From the NCBI GenBank assembly GCA_951406725.2, contig OX597819.1:81034001-81098000 (forward strand): a stretch of 64,000 nt of DNA, in the 5' to 3' direction. This DNA comes from Octopus vulgaris. Taxonomy: Eukaryota. A model generated the notes under the pieces. It was not told where the DNA came from. It saw nothing but the letters and a program-made list of their open reading frames with translations, and did not search any database. A program made the position numbers and the translations under genes. Positions 40,440-54,310 of the stretch are shown one piece after another (position 1 is the first letter of the stretch; every line of letters starts with the position of its first letter).

Positions 40440-40855
40440 GGCGGCGAGCTGGCAGAATCGTTAGCACGCCGGGCGAAAAGCGTAGCCGTATTTCGTCTGC
40501 CGTTACGTTCTGAGTTCAAATTCCGCCGAGGTCGACTTTGCCTTTCATCCTTTCGGGGTCGATAAATTAAGTATCAGTTAAGCACTGGGGTCAATATAAT
40601 CGACTTAATCCCTTTGTCTGTCCTTGTTGGTCCTCTCTATGTTTAGCCCCTTGTGGGTAATAAAGAAACAGGTATCTCGTCTGCTGTTACGTTCTGAGTT
40701 CAAATTCCGCCGAGGTCGACTTTGCCTTTCATCCTTTTGGGAGTCGATAAATTAAGTACCAGTTACGCATTGGGGTCGATGTAATCGACTTAATACCTTT
40801 GTCTGTCCTTGTTTGTCCCCTCTATGCTTAGCCCCACGTGGGCAATAAGGAAATA
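40440..40855 (+). mobile_element. SINE family B dimer with 15-bp TSD
   Basis: Head GGCGGCGAGCTGGCAGAATCGTTAGCAC, body GTCGACTTTGCCTTTCATCCTTTCGGGGTCGAT, Tx1-like tail twice. AATATGCTATATCAT at 40420-40434 and 40856-40870. Confidence 0.88.
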
Positions 40856-41067
40856 AATATGCTATATCATATAAGGCGGCGAGCTGGCTGAATCGTCAGT
40901 CCACCGGGCAAAATGTTCAGCGGCATTTCGTCCGTCTTCACTTTCTGAGATCAAATACCAATTGATCAAGTAAAGATAATTTGCAAGTTTAGGTGGAAGT
41001 AATGAGCAAACTCACAAACACGACTTTCACGTTAGTGGTTTACGATCACCGTAAACATTAATAATGA

Positions 41068-41676
41068 TTTTAATTTTTGGCACAAGGGCAGCAAATTCGG
41101 GGTGGGTTAAGTCGATTACATCAATCCCAGTGCTCAACTGGTATTTAATCTATCGACTCCGAAAGGATGAAAGGCAAAGTCGACCTCGGCGGAATTTGAA
41201 CTCAGAATGTAAGGACATGAAATACCGCTAAGCATTTTACCCAGTGTACAAACGATTCTTATTTCTTTATTGCCCACAAGGGGCTACACACAGAGGGGAC
41301 AAACAAGGACAGACAAACGGATTAAGTCGATTATATCGTCCCCAGTGCGTAAGTGGTACTTATTTAATTGACCCCGAAAGGATGAAAGGCAAAGTCAACC
41401 TCGGCGGAATTTGAACTCGGAACGTAGCGGCAGACGAAATGCCTATTTCTTTACTACCCATAAGGGGCTAAACACAGAGAGGACAAACAAGGACAGACAA
41501 ACGAATTAAGTCGATTACATTGACCCCAGTGCATAACTGGTACTTATTTAATCGACCCCGAATGGATGAAATGCAAAGTCGACCTCGGCGGAATTTGAAC
41601 TCAGAAGGTAACGGCAGACGAAATACCTTTAAGCATTTCGCCCGGCGTGCTAACGTTTTCGCCAGCGCTCCGCCTT
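41068..41676 (-). mobile_element. SINE family B trimer
   Basis: Three body copies; flanked by a ~20-bp imperfect direct repeat ending CATTAATAATGA (41048-41067, 41677-41696). Confidence 0.85.
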
Positions 41677-43345
41677 ACCATAAGCATTAATAATGAGCAT
41701 GTGGCAATGATGAAGAATATGTTGGATAATTAGGGTTTGCCAATTTTGGCAACTTATTGTTTAGTTGTATCTATAGTTAGTTTCAGAAATAAACAATACT
41801 AAGATTAAGTAATAGTATTTTCTGTTGATAAAATGGAATTTGGAAGCATCTTCTTTTTATTTTATTTGCTTTGGAATTTTTAATTATGTCAGAAAATCTA
41901 ATCCAAAGTAATGTGTACGGTGAGTGGGAGGATGAGGGAAAGACGAAAAAAAAGAATGAGTGAAAGAGAGGGGGAGAGAGTAGCAGGAGAGAGAGGAAGG
42001 AGAGAGGGGAAAAGGGAGGGGGAGGATTGAGCTGAGATGACAGAGAGAGAGAGAGAGAGAGAGAGTAAATGAGATAATTAAGATCCAAAAGGTTTTCTGC
42101 GTGTTCGGAATTATTAAATATTGCCAGGAGTTAGAATCAGTCCGATGGGGACTTGTTTCAGAGGAAATTTGATCGTAGACAATTGCAGCTTTACTCTGTG
42201 TGTGTGTGTGTGTGTGCATGTGTGTGTGTGTGTGTGCGTGTGTATTTGTTGGTATGTGTATGTGTATGTATTTGTCTATATGTGTGTTTGTGTGTATATG
42301 CATATATACATGCATACATACATACACACATACACACACACATACACACACACATACACGCACACACATATATATGCGTGTGTGTGTTTTTGTGTAGCGA
42401 AAGAGAGAGAGAGTGGGAGAAAAAGATGTATATATTATATAGATATATATTTGTATGTATGTATGTGTGTATATATGTGTGTGTGCGTATATATAATTAT
42501 ACACACATACATATTTGTATATACATATGTATGTATATATATATATTTTTTCATACATACATACATGCATGCATACATATATACACACTTATACATTTGG
42601 GACAAAAATATACATACACATGCACGTGCACACACACACACACACACAAATAGAAATCATAGTTTGGTAGAACCGAGGGAAAACGGCCGAACAAAAGATA
42701 AAACATGTAAATAAAACGAATGAGATGGACGTGGACAGTGTGATGGAAAATTGTGTGGAAAAGAATTGGAAGAGAATTATTCGGAACAAGGTTTCTAATT
42801 GGGTGGAAGGACATTTTTGAATACCGATTTAAGAATCAGATCTGACCAGAATATGAAGTTCCTCTTGTAACAAAATAAAATACATCAGAATTAGATTTGG
42901 CAATTCTTGCTTTTTCGTTTTGTTTTCAACTGACGGACTAAAATACTTCGGTTGATATCGTGTGAAAAGAGATATACTGCTTTCAGATGTAGCTTGGACA
43001 ATATAGTTGGTTGACTGTATTGGAGATTTAGGGCAATTGAGAATCCGTTATCCAAAATTCCCGGGGACCGAAAGTATTGCGGATTTACTCTTTTACTCTT
43101 TTACTTGTTTCAGTCATTTGACTGCGCCCATGCTGGAGCACCGCCTTTAGTCGAGCAAATCGACTCCAGGACTTATTCTTTGGAAGCCTAGTACCTATTC
43201 TATCGGTCTCTTTTGCCGAACCGCTAAGTTACGGGGACGTAAACACACCAGCATCGCTTGTCAAGCGATGTTGGGGAGGACAGATACAGACACACATACA
43301 AAGACGGGCTTCTTTCAGTTTCTGTCTACCAAATCCGCTCACAAG

Positions 43346-43698
43346 TCAGCATTTTTGATGGGGAGGGATTAAGTCGATTACGTCAACCCCAGTGCTCAAC
43401 TGGTACTTATTTTATCGAACCCGAAAGGATAAAAGTTAAATTAGATACCGGCGGCATTTGAACTCACAACATAAAGACAGATGAATTCTTTTCTACTCTA
43501 GACACAAGGCCCGAAATTTTGGGCGAGGGGCCAGTCGATTAGATCAACCCCACTACGCAACTGGTACTAAATTTATCGACTCCGAAAGGATGAAAGACAA
43601 AGTCGACCTCGGCGGAATTTGAACTCGGAACGTAACGTCAAACGAAATACCGGTGAGTATTGCTTCTAGCATGCTAACGATTCTGCCAACTCGCCGCC
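43346..43698 (-). mobile_element. SINE family B dimer
   Basis: Two body copies joined near 43485. Confidence 0.8.
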
Positions 43699-44014
43699 TT
43701 TAGGCTATTTTTCTTAATATATGTTATACATATAAGGCAACGAGCAGGGAAAATGGTTAGCATGCTGGGAAAAATGCTTAGCGGCATTTCGACCGTCTTT
43801 ACGTTCTAAGTTCAAATACCGCCAAGGTCAACTTTGCCTTTCATTCTTTCGGTTTTCGAGAAAATAAGTACTAGTTGAAACTGGGGTCGAGTTAATTGAC
43901 GTACCCCACCTTCAAAGTTACCGATCTTCTGCTGAAATTTTAGATCAATATAGTTTAAACATATTTTCAGAATGCAGTTTTGTATAAATTTTTAAATAAT
44001 TTATTTTATATATA

Positions 44015-44423
44015 GGCGTAGGAGTGGCTGTGTGGTAAGTAGCATGCTTACGAACTACATGGTTCCGGGTTCAGTCCTACAACGTGGCATCTTGGGTAAG
44101 TGTCTTCTACTATAGCCTCGGGCCAACCAAAGCCTTGTGAGTGGATTTGGTAGATGGAAACTGAAAGAAGCCTGTTGTATATATCTATATATATGTGTAT
44201 GTGTGTGTATATGTTTGTGTGTCTGTGTTTGTCCCCCAACATGGGTTGTCAACCGATGCTGGTGTGTTTACGTCCCCATAACTTAGCGGTTCGGCAAAAG
44301 AGAACAATAGAATAAGTATTAGGCTTACAAAGAATAAGTCCCGGGGTCGATGTGTTCGACTAAAGGCAGTGCTCCAGCATGGCCACAGTTAAATGACTGA
44401 AACAGGTAAAAGAGTAAAGAGAA
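44015..44423 (+). mobile_element. SINE family A, full-length copy (others at ~1075-1250, 12655-12890, 25310-25470, 34935-35060, 43085-43345, 49735-50015, 56670-57000)
   Basis: A-box-like TGGCTGTGTGG, B-box-like GGTTCAGTCC, multi-copy in the window. Confidence 0.88.
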
Positions 44424-45699
44424 TATAATATCATCAGAAACGTAAGATATCAGTCTCCACCTGTGACGTCAATTTTTGACTAAAAGGTACTCGTAGGCCA
44501 TTTGTATTTTCTTTTACTACTAAAGAGGTGTTAGGTTTTATGTAAGGTATCAAAGCAAAGCATTGAATGCTTTGAAATTATAATGGAAACTGGAAAAATC
44601 CAGCATTTTGTTTTAAAAGTAATATACATACAATGGCTTCTGTCATGTTACACACACATATGGAGATAGTATTCAAATCTCACGTAAGAATAACGTACTC
44701 TGCATGCTGTACGCGCGCGCACACATACATACACATACGCGCGCACGCACACACACAATGAAAACATGATGGCTCAGTGCTTACAAACTCTCGTGCCATA
44801 ACGACACACGAAAGCTGTACTTGGTGGAGCCATTCCAGCATTTTGTGAAGTTCTTCATTTGTGGTGTCGTGTCAGCTTTCAAAAGAAGTTTCAGCTAAAG
44901 GATTTTCCATTTGGGGTTTCGGATAAAGGATTTCCTTTTGTGAAGTTTTGCATAAACGCTTTTCAAATGTAGTAAATATTTCTAGGTAAAGGAGTGACCA
45001 TAGAGGCTTTACAAAAAATATTGGGCTCAGTCCTCCCCGTTTCTTTAGATTAAACCATTAAAGAAGTAACAAGGAGCAAGGTATGGGTAATCACCTGTAG
45101 AACAAGAGATAATATCATAACGTCGGAAAAATTATATTGTTACTGTGTGATATATATCCACCATGATCGTATGATTGTGGTTTCGATTCCTGGAACACAA
45201 TATTTGATTTGACGTTACCCCAAAATGAGTAAATCCTGCAACGACCAACAGATTGGGGAGAATATACAAACCACTGAATCCTGGAGGCCAGGATTATTAT
45301 CCTTATTATCCCATGGCTCGAGAAGGACCTTTGATCCATTTTATGACGTCTCTAAATGAGGGTATAAATGTATGCAGATAAGTAGGTATACACCTATGCT
45401 ATGTATGTTAAGTGGACGTATTCTTTTTTGGCATGACTGTATGTGTTCGTGTGGGTGTATGACTTATTGACTATTGTTGGTCTGGGACCTTTGAATGCTT
45501 TGAAATTATCTTCTCATATAACTGGCACTAACAGTTGATTTTTACATTCTTTCTTCAACTAAAAAGTAAATTTCAAACAATTAAGAATACGTTGAGTTCG
45601 TCGTTCAGCACATTCTCTGCTATCTGAACCAAATTCATGCAAATAGAAGATTAAAACTTCATAAACTACACATCCAGTCAAATAATGCAGTGGGTGGAA

Positions 45700-46363
45700 A
45701 ACTTCATGTTGAAGTTCTACAGAGGATTAGAGGCGGGAAAAATGGCGATGTTCTCGGGGGAAATTCTGTGTGTGACGAAAATCACCTGGCTAATCTGTTC
45801 CAGAGGATCTTCGGGCCAGTGCTCATGGATAATTTTTGCTCTGGCAGTGCTACCGTTTTGAGATGAATTCTATGAACACGTATATGCCATCCACCGGAAA
45901 GAGCATGTAGGGAAGAGTTTGATCGAGAAGAGTTGGTGGTTTTATTTGTCTCGGCAAAAGAGGTTGTATGAAGGATAAGACTGGAAGGGCTGAAGACAGC
46001 CACCTTCTCCTTTGGCCAAACCCTCAGCCACTTTTTAAAGTCTCATTTGAAAAGTAAAATGAAGATATAGAGGGAAGTGCTACATTCCAGTAAATTTACT
46101 GAAAGATAGATACGTATGTCGTGCATCGTCCGAGTGTCCGGGCCTGTTCCAAGCTTTCAGGCAACTCAGCGAAAGTACTTGGGTTTTGTGGGGTTTCCAT
46201 GAATAGCTGTAGGAAATCATTCAACTTTTAAAGAACATTCCTTGGTTTCAAAATTTCGTTTCTTTTTATTTCCTTTGTTTACAGCTTTTGTATGTAAAAC
46301 CTGCTGCTTCGTTCTGTATTGTCCTAGATCTTTTGGCGACCCTTTATAGTTAATAAAAAAAAG
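45700..46363 (+). mobile_element. Old Tx1-clade 3' fragment (ORF2 C-terminus + 3' UTR + polyA)
   Basis: Hand translation FYRGLEAG..DVLGGNSVCDENHLANLFQRIFGPVLMDNF and FKSHLKSKMKI*REVL aligns with FYRGLVEG..DDLGANLGVDEEYLTRLF..MDNF and FKYHLKRKVRVERQVL of the full-length copy. Ends in AATAAAAAAAAA. Confidence 0.8.
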
Positions 46364-46572
46364 CCTTCTTTCAGGGGTCAATACAATAAAGTATTAACCA
46401 ACTACTGGAGATGATGGTATCGAGTAATACGCTTCCCACAAAAACTGCTGGCCTTGTGCCTAAATTAGAAAAAGTTAATCCTTTTTCTACAGCAGGCATA
46501 ATAAATGAAATTTCCGTGGGGAAGTGGTTAGTCAATTTCATCGTTCTGCAGTGATGGGCTAGTAATTCGCTC

Positions 46573-46912
46573 ATCGACCCCGAAAGAATGAAAGATAAAT
46601 TCGACCGCGGCAGAATTTGAACTCAGAACGTAAAACCAAGAGAAACACCTCTAAGCATTTTGCCCGGTGTTGCTAACAATTCTTATTTTTTTATTGCCCA
46701 CAAGGGGCTAAACATAGAGGGGACAAACAAGGACAGACAAAGAGATTAAGTCGATTACATCGACCCCAGTGCGTAACTGGTACTTAATTTATCGACCCCG
46801 AAAGGATGAAAGGCAAAGTCGACCTCGGCGGAATTTGAACTCAGAACGTAACAGCAGACGAAATACCGCTAAGTATTTCGCCCGGTGTGCTATCGATTCT
46901 GCCAACTCGTAG
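46573..46912 (-). mobile_element. SINE family B dimer (second unit truncated)
   Basis: Full unit with Tx1-like tail joined to AGAATTGTTAGC of a second unit near 46683. Confidence 0.8.
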
Positions 46913-47946
46913 CCCTTAGTCGTCTTAGAAAGAATAATGATAATTATTATTGTTGTTGTTGTAGTTGTTGTCGTCGCCTTCATAGTCGTTGTTGCTTTTG
47001 TTCGCATATTGATTCAGTTATAAGAAAAACCACAAGATAGAGAATAAAATATTTAAGGTCATTCGACCATGAATATTTCCTTCTCTGGTTTGTTTATAAA
47101 TTGTAGTTCGCTGTAATTTTGTGGTCAAAATAAATGAATTGAACTGAATGGATATAAAAATAAAATACAATACAATAAAATGAAATGCGGTTAGACAATA
47201 CTATGTGATCAGACAGGGAGGCAGAGAGCCAAGCTTGAGAGTGTAGATGATCAGTGAGGCGGTAATGGTGGTGGTGGTAGTGGTGGATGAAAATGATGTA
47301 AAGTCGTCAAGTGCTATTTGATAATGCATATGAATAAAAATTACAGCTTGTAAATAATTTAATAGTAATGAAATTAATTTTCAGTTATTTGTATTCAAAG
47401 CGGGTATGCGGACAATGTTATGGGTGTATGTGATTTGCTCTTGTATATACATATATATATCTTCTTTTTCTTTTACTTGTTTCAGTCATTGGACTGCGGC
47501 CATGCAAGGGTGGGAGAGGAACACTTTGAACGGCTTAGTCGAACAAATCGATCCAACTACAAACGGAGACGTAATCAAAGCAGCACTGGTTGTCCAAAGG
47601 TAACAGATTGTTAGATAGAGTGATAGCTAGATGCAAATACACAAACATATATTCATACATGCATATAAGTGTGCTTGTTTTTATACATGTGTGTGTGAGT
47701 GTGTGTAGGTATATATATATATATATATACAAAATAAGAAAATGGAGAAACATATCTTAATCCATGATCAACTACCAGATAATACCCAATCACATAATTT
47801 ATTAAACCACTACACATGAACATTAAGGTCAAACGTAATAATATAGAAAAAAAAACAATATACATGAAAGAGTAATATGATACAATAAGTACAGTATGTA
47901 TAAATGAATATAAATAAATACAAATATAAATATAAATATAAACTAC

Positions 47947-48073
47947 ATCTTACAGCTGTTTCGGCCATGCAGATATGGGTGTCTCATTATGCTCATATTA
48001 GCCATGTGTGATAGGTCAATATGCAGTTGTAAATGAGACACTTACAAAAATATCACAAGGCCTCTTCAGAGAC
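47947..48073 (-). ncRNA. Type I hammerhead ribozyme motif with extended stem II
   Basis: Minus strand GTCT-CTGAAGA-GGCC-(~90 nt)-GGCC-GAAAC-AGCT-GTA-AGAT: intact core, stems I and II, palindromic minimal stem III. Confidence 0.72.
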
Positions 48074-48191
48074 TATGAAATACAAACTAAATTAAATATG
48101 AATATCAGAGGAGGTACACCCATACAAAAGTGGGTACATACCCATAATATATAATATACACATACATATGAGTGCATATACTCATACTCCT

Positions 48192-48236
<45 letters not shown>

Positions 48237-49414
48237 CATAATAATATAAATCAATATAAATACATATGTTCTATATTCAATGTTACAGTTGGTCAACATA
48301 ATATTATATTACAATATAGAAAACATACATATATTCATATTCAAATGCAGATATACAAAGTCAAGAGTTCATTATATTAAGTTACAAAATGTCATTAATA
48401 TTACCATCATTACTATTATCATTACCACTATTTCTACTAATATCATTATTATTATTATTATTAATAACATTTATACCAGCAAAACAATATATGCATCACG
48501 CGGTTAGCAACATAATAGCAAAAACAACAACAACAATAATACTACAGTACCATGCAAAGCATTAAAGTTCGGCATATACATATAAAATGAAAAATGAGAG
48601 ACATTGGTTTGCATGATATTAAGTTCCACAAGTGTACAAACATACATGCGATTGCAGGCTATAATTTCGACTGAGACACGTATAAAGTATTACGTTCAGA
48701 AATAGTTAAGAATCGAGCGCTAAATATGATTGGCCGTTATATTTAAATTTCAATTGTCTTCGTTACGGTTGGTTTGTTAAGAAACACCCACACACGCACA
48801 CATGCAAACGTGCGCCCACACACGGTTTTGAAAGCAAAGACGAAAAAAAATTATTCTTTGTGATCACGTGACTGTTTAAAGCGTAGGCGGTATGATTTTG
48901 GCGTAATTTTACGGTGTGGGCGAAGTATAAAGACTACTATTGCCCACGTGACGAGTTGGTTGGAGCTGGGAGTTCGTGCGGGAAGCTGGTTTGCTGAGCT
49001 CGCCTACGTGGTCTGTTGTGCTGTAAGTGGTTTCAGGAGGCCGTGTGCGGCGTAATAATACATATATATGGTCACAACCTCAAGGCTGATGGCGAGCTGG
49101 CAGAAACGTTAGCACGCCGGACGAAATACGTAGTCGTATTTCGTCTGCTGTTACGTTCTGAGTTTAAATTCCGCCGAGGTCGACTTTGCCTTTCATCCTT
49201 TCGAGGTCGATAAATAAAGTACCAGTTTCGCACTGAGGTTGATGTTATCGACTTAATCCCTTTGTCTGTCTTTGTTTGTCCTCCCTGTGTTTAGCCCCTT
49301 GTGGGCTAGTATATATATATATATATATATAAAGTTAATCCAAACATGAAAACACCAAGAGAAAACACAACGTGGAACAAATATAGTATTATTGGACGCT
49401 CAGGAAGGAAGGGA

Positions 49415-49457
<43 letters not shown>

Positions 49458-51379
49458 TAGATATATAGATATCACCGTGATCGACCAGGCTATCAGATGT
49501 TGCTACACATCGCAGGTCACAATGCGTTTCGCATTGTTTTAGCCTTCAAATGACGCCACCCCGCTGGCTAAGCGAGCAGGCCAACAGAAGAAAGAGTGAG
49601 AAAAAGTTGTGACGAAAGAGTACAGCAGGGATCGAAAGAGTAGAGCTGTGTATCGTGTTACAATCTTTAGTTCCTCAACAGCTAATGAGCCGAACAGTCA
49701 ACGAAACAACTTGCTGTTTTACGGGCCAGCTTATCTTTTATCTTTTACTTGTTTCAGGGTTTCCTCGAACAAATCAACCCTAGTACTTACATTTTTAAAG
49801 TTTGGTAATTATTCCGTCGATCTTTTTTGCCAAAACCGCCAAGTTACGGCAACGTAAACAAACTAGCACTTGTTATCATGTGGTGGTAGGATCATACTCA
49901 AACACATAGATACACACAAACATGTCCGAAGGGATTCCACGCAATTTCTGCCTGTCGTATTCATTCACAAGGCATTAGTCAGCCCCGGGGCTATAATAGA
50001 AGACGCTTGCTCAATGTGCTTCTTTTAATCCTCTGTCACTTCTTTTCTTTTAATCCTCTATCACTATTCATCCGTTTTTAGTTTTTGTTTTTATTTTGGG
50101 GTTTCATTTTAGTGTCACCAGTTACACATGGTACCAGGAATTTGCTTGGTGTCGTCAAAGTGGAAAAGTGATTTTTAAGTTTTTGAAAAATTAAAGCAAA
50201 AAGGCAAAAGATGTAGAAATACGGCTACTACTCGTTAATTTCAAATTAAACTTATGAAAGACGAGGGTCTTCCAGCGACCCCTAGCGCTCCCCAAGTATC
50301 TTAACGCCCCTTAGTGCCTCTTTTCTCCAAAACGTCCCTCTCGAGCTACAAATGGCTCCTCCGGAGGGGCCATATGGCCCCCGTTGAGAACCTTTGCGCT
50401 AGACCAAACGAATAAAAAAAAAAACACGTAACTAGAGGTGAGGCAGTTTTTGACGTTGCTCTGTTCAAAATTAGATCTGAAAAGTAATCCAACGAAAACT
50501 TCGGCAAGAATTTCATTCCGCCAAAGTCGCTGGATGAAGATGGTACACATAACGAACAGACAAGCTTGATCAAAATAGGGCGTCTAGTAATTTCTTGAAC
50601 TCTCCGCCGAAATATTAGATTTGTAGAGGAATAATTTATCCCAGATTTATTGTTGTTGAGCTCCAGATTATCTTTGAGCAAACCTATGACTAAAAGCTTT
50701 CATACCATGATGCATCTTGACATTTTTTCTTTGCCTTTTAAACTAATCCATATGGAAGTACATTATTTAATAGTTTACCTCCTTTTAGGTGTGATCTGAC
50801 CGAGATTTTGTTGCTATTTCTAGCATGTCGAAAGATCATATAAATGTTCTCATGCTAACTTACATGACCAGAGATTTTCATCAAGGTCCTACTACTTGAG
50901 TATTTATGTTTAATTTTATACAGTTTGTCCTTTACAGTTTCGAGGAAAAGACGTAAAAATCTCTTTAAAAATTTGTATGATCTGTGATAATTTATATCTG
51001 TGGCAAGTTTCAATTTAGCAAGTCCCAAAATGTCAATTCTGAGATTTAATGAAGCAAAACCTTCTTCAATCAAAATAAATTCCTAACTTCTAACATTCGC
51101 CACACATAGCAAATTTCAACTGATTTTGTCACTTGGTTGCTGAGATTTCAGGTCAAAGTCCATTATATGAGGACACAGCAGCAACAGCAGCCGTTCATGA
51201 ATTTGGACCTGGAGATCTCCATTTCCAGCGACTTCGAGGGCCACCTCCCAGTGGCGTCGGGCGTCAACGAAGAACCCTTGTCTACAACAAGACGACCATA
51301 GTTTTTTTTCCCCAATGTCTGGGGTCTCCCGTCCCTAAGCCCTAGACCATCGCCTAATCACCCTTACCCGTCTTGTTGC

Positions 51380-51545
51380 TTAACAACAACAGCAGCAACA
51401 GCAGCAGTAGTGACAGCAGCAGTGGTGGCAGCAGTGACAGCTGCAGTAGTCGCAGCAGCAGCAGCAGCAGTAGTCGCAGCAGCAGCAGCAGTAGTCGCAG
51501 CAGCAGTAGCAGTGCAGTGACTACTACTGCTGCTACAACAACCAG

Positions 51546-51596
<51 letters not shown>

Positions 51597-51640
51597 CACT
51601 GCTACTACTACTGCTGCTGCTGCTGCTACTACTACTACTA

Positions 51641-51712
<72 letters not shown>

Positions 51713-52218
51713 TCTTCTTCTTCCACCATTAAAAGCAGCCCAACTTTTACCACCACTGCCACCACAGCAGCTACTTTGTCCCGTTGTGTTTCTGTTGTGG
51801 TGGAGGCGACGTCTGAGTGGTGATGCTGTTTAGAATGCTTTAAGTACAAATACCACATTCTAAATTATCATAAATCTAATGAAATCGAGTGGGACGAAGA
51901 GTTAGCGTTCAGAAGAAGACAGTGTCGGAGATTTGCCATTACGAAACAATGTATCCATCTGCTCATCTGCCGTTCACAACCATAACAAACGATAAACATA
52001 TTCAAAAAAAGAAAAAAAAAAAAAAGAAAAATAGTAAAGAAAAGAAGAGGGAAAAAAAACGTGGGGAGATGGATTGCAATGCAACGTTTCAAAACATCGT
52101 CCAGATGGTCTTTTCGATGTTAGGAGTTAGTTGTTGCAAAGTCGGAGAACAGGCAGGACATGGCAATATAATCGTAATTGGTCATCAGTAGCTTAATAGG
52201 TAGACGCTGGGATATTTT

Positions 52219-52257
<39 letters not shown>

Positions 52258-53031
52258 TTTGTTTGTTTGTTTTTAGCCTGTGAAAACCCCTGGAAAGAAC
52301 AAAGCTCGTCGTAATAGTTGGATTCCATATTGCTTTGTCAGTAATGGCGTCGAAATTGACGGAGATGGCACGCTGGAAAGACCTGGTTGAAAATGTCGAC
52401 TGGCTGGCTGGCTCGCTCGCTCGCTCGCTTGCTGCAGAAAATGTCAGTAGGGGATCTTTGGGACAGGAATAAGAATAGTATTACCGTATTACCGTTACGG
52501 AAGTGGTGGGTGTTAGCCTGGTTTGGGAAAAAAAGAAAGAGGCGAGGAAGAAATGATACGGCTGGTCACTGTTCACAGATGGTTAGATTTGAGGAAATTA
52601 TAACAAGACAATGAATCAGAGCGCTCACAGCAGGGAAGTGAAAAAGTAAATGATCGTGTCATTCTTTTCGTTAGCTGCTTTTGACAATGATGTTGCTGAC
52701 TTCGTCAAGGTCGCCATGGCCACTTCACTTCTTGCTTCTGTTCCCCGCCATTTCTCAAAGCCATCATAGTTAAATATAACTGCGATTTATTCCCATCACT
52801 GTTGTAACTTCATTTGTTTGTTTGTTTGTTTGTTTCTTTTTTTCTTCTTTTCTCCTTTTTTCCTCCTCTTTCTTCTTTCCTCCTCCTCTTTTCCTTATCC
52901 TCCTCCTTCTTCTCTTTTCCCATCCTCCTCCTCTTTCTCTTTTCCTCCTCCTCCTCCTCCTTCTCTTTTCTTCATCCACCCTCCTCCTCCTTCTCTTTTC
53001 TTCATCCGCCCTCCTCCTCCTCCCCCCTCCC

Positions 53032-53109
<78 letters not shown>

Positions 53110-53233
53110 TTCTCTTCCTTTTCCTCCTTTCCTTCTCTTCTGCCTCCTCCTCATCTTCCTCTTCATTCTCTTCCACAGCATTACCATTAGCTGCTTCCAT
53201 TGCCTGTTAACTGCGCCACCATCGCTATCAGCA

Positions 53234-53298
<65 letters not shown>

Positions 53299-54081
53299 GT
53301 CATTTCAGCTGTTACTGGAGAGGTTGTATGTAATGGTTCAACTTGCTACAGATAGCCGATATAAGCAAGACTACAGGATGGTCACGATTAGAACGACTTT
53401 GATGATAGAGCTTAACAACAAGCAACAATAAGAACAACGACGAAATACTAGAATATTTTTGACCATCAAAAGCGAAACTTACTCCTACGGCCACCTAAAA
53501 CCATTTCCGCCATTATACGAACTTTTGCGACATCAACCTGACATTAACGACAGCTGACATCGACGCCATCACCACGACCACCACCATCAATACTATCGTT
53601 GTCATCACCACCACCACCACCACCACCACCACCAGTACCTCCTCAGCACCACCACCACCAGCAATACTATCGTTGTCATCACCACCACCACCACCACTAC
53701 CGCCAGCATCACAATGATCGCCAACACTACCACAAAAACACCACCAACAACAACACCACAAATTACCACCACAACCACCACCACCGTCATCATAACCACT
53801 ACCATCAGTACAACTACTGCCATCACATTCCCTCACCACTAAAACACTACGACCACCACCACTACCACAACCACCACAATCATTATTCAATTAACTTTTC
53901 TCTTTCCCAATCTCACAGCCATCTATGTATTCGATCATCAGTGCCATCAACCATCATTATCACCACCATTAAAATTGACTTTCATCCTTATGCTACCAGT
54001 ATCATCATCACGTCATCACAACCGCTACCGCATCACAATCAATATCATCACTGCTACCTCCTCCTTCTCCTCCTCCTCCTC

Positions 54082-54135
<54 letters not shown>

Positions 54136-54310
54136 GCCATCATCGTCATCATCATCGCCATCATCATCATCGTCATTATCATCATCATCATCATCATCAT
54201 CGTCGTCGTCGTCGTCGTCATCATCATCATCACCCCTCCTCCTCCCCCATTATTGTCATGGCTGTTGAGGTCGTCGTCGTCATCATCATCATCATCGTCG
54301 TCGTCATCGT
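51380..54310. repeat. Cluster of trinucleotide microsatellites (CAG, CTA, CCT, CCA, CAT, CGT)
   Basis: Directly visible, interspersed with short unique segments. Confidence 0.95.

Noticed and set aside
40440-41676. Regularly repeated units as a CRISPR-like or satellite array
   Set aside because: Eukaryotic SINE multimers with no unique spacers and no cas genes.
50311-51073. Minus-strand ORFs of 72-111 aa in unique-looking DNA
   Set aside because: No recognisable motif or convincing splice sites.
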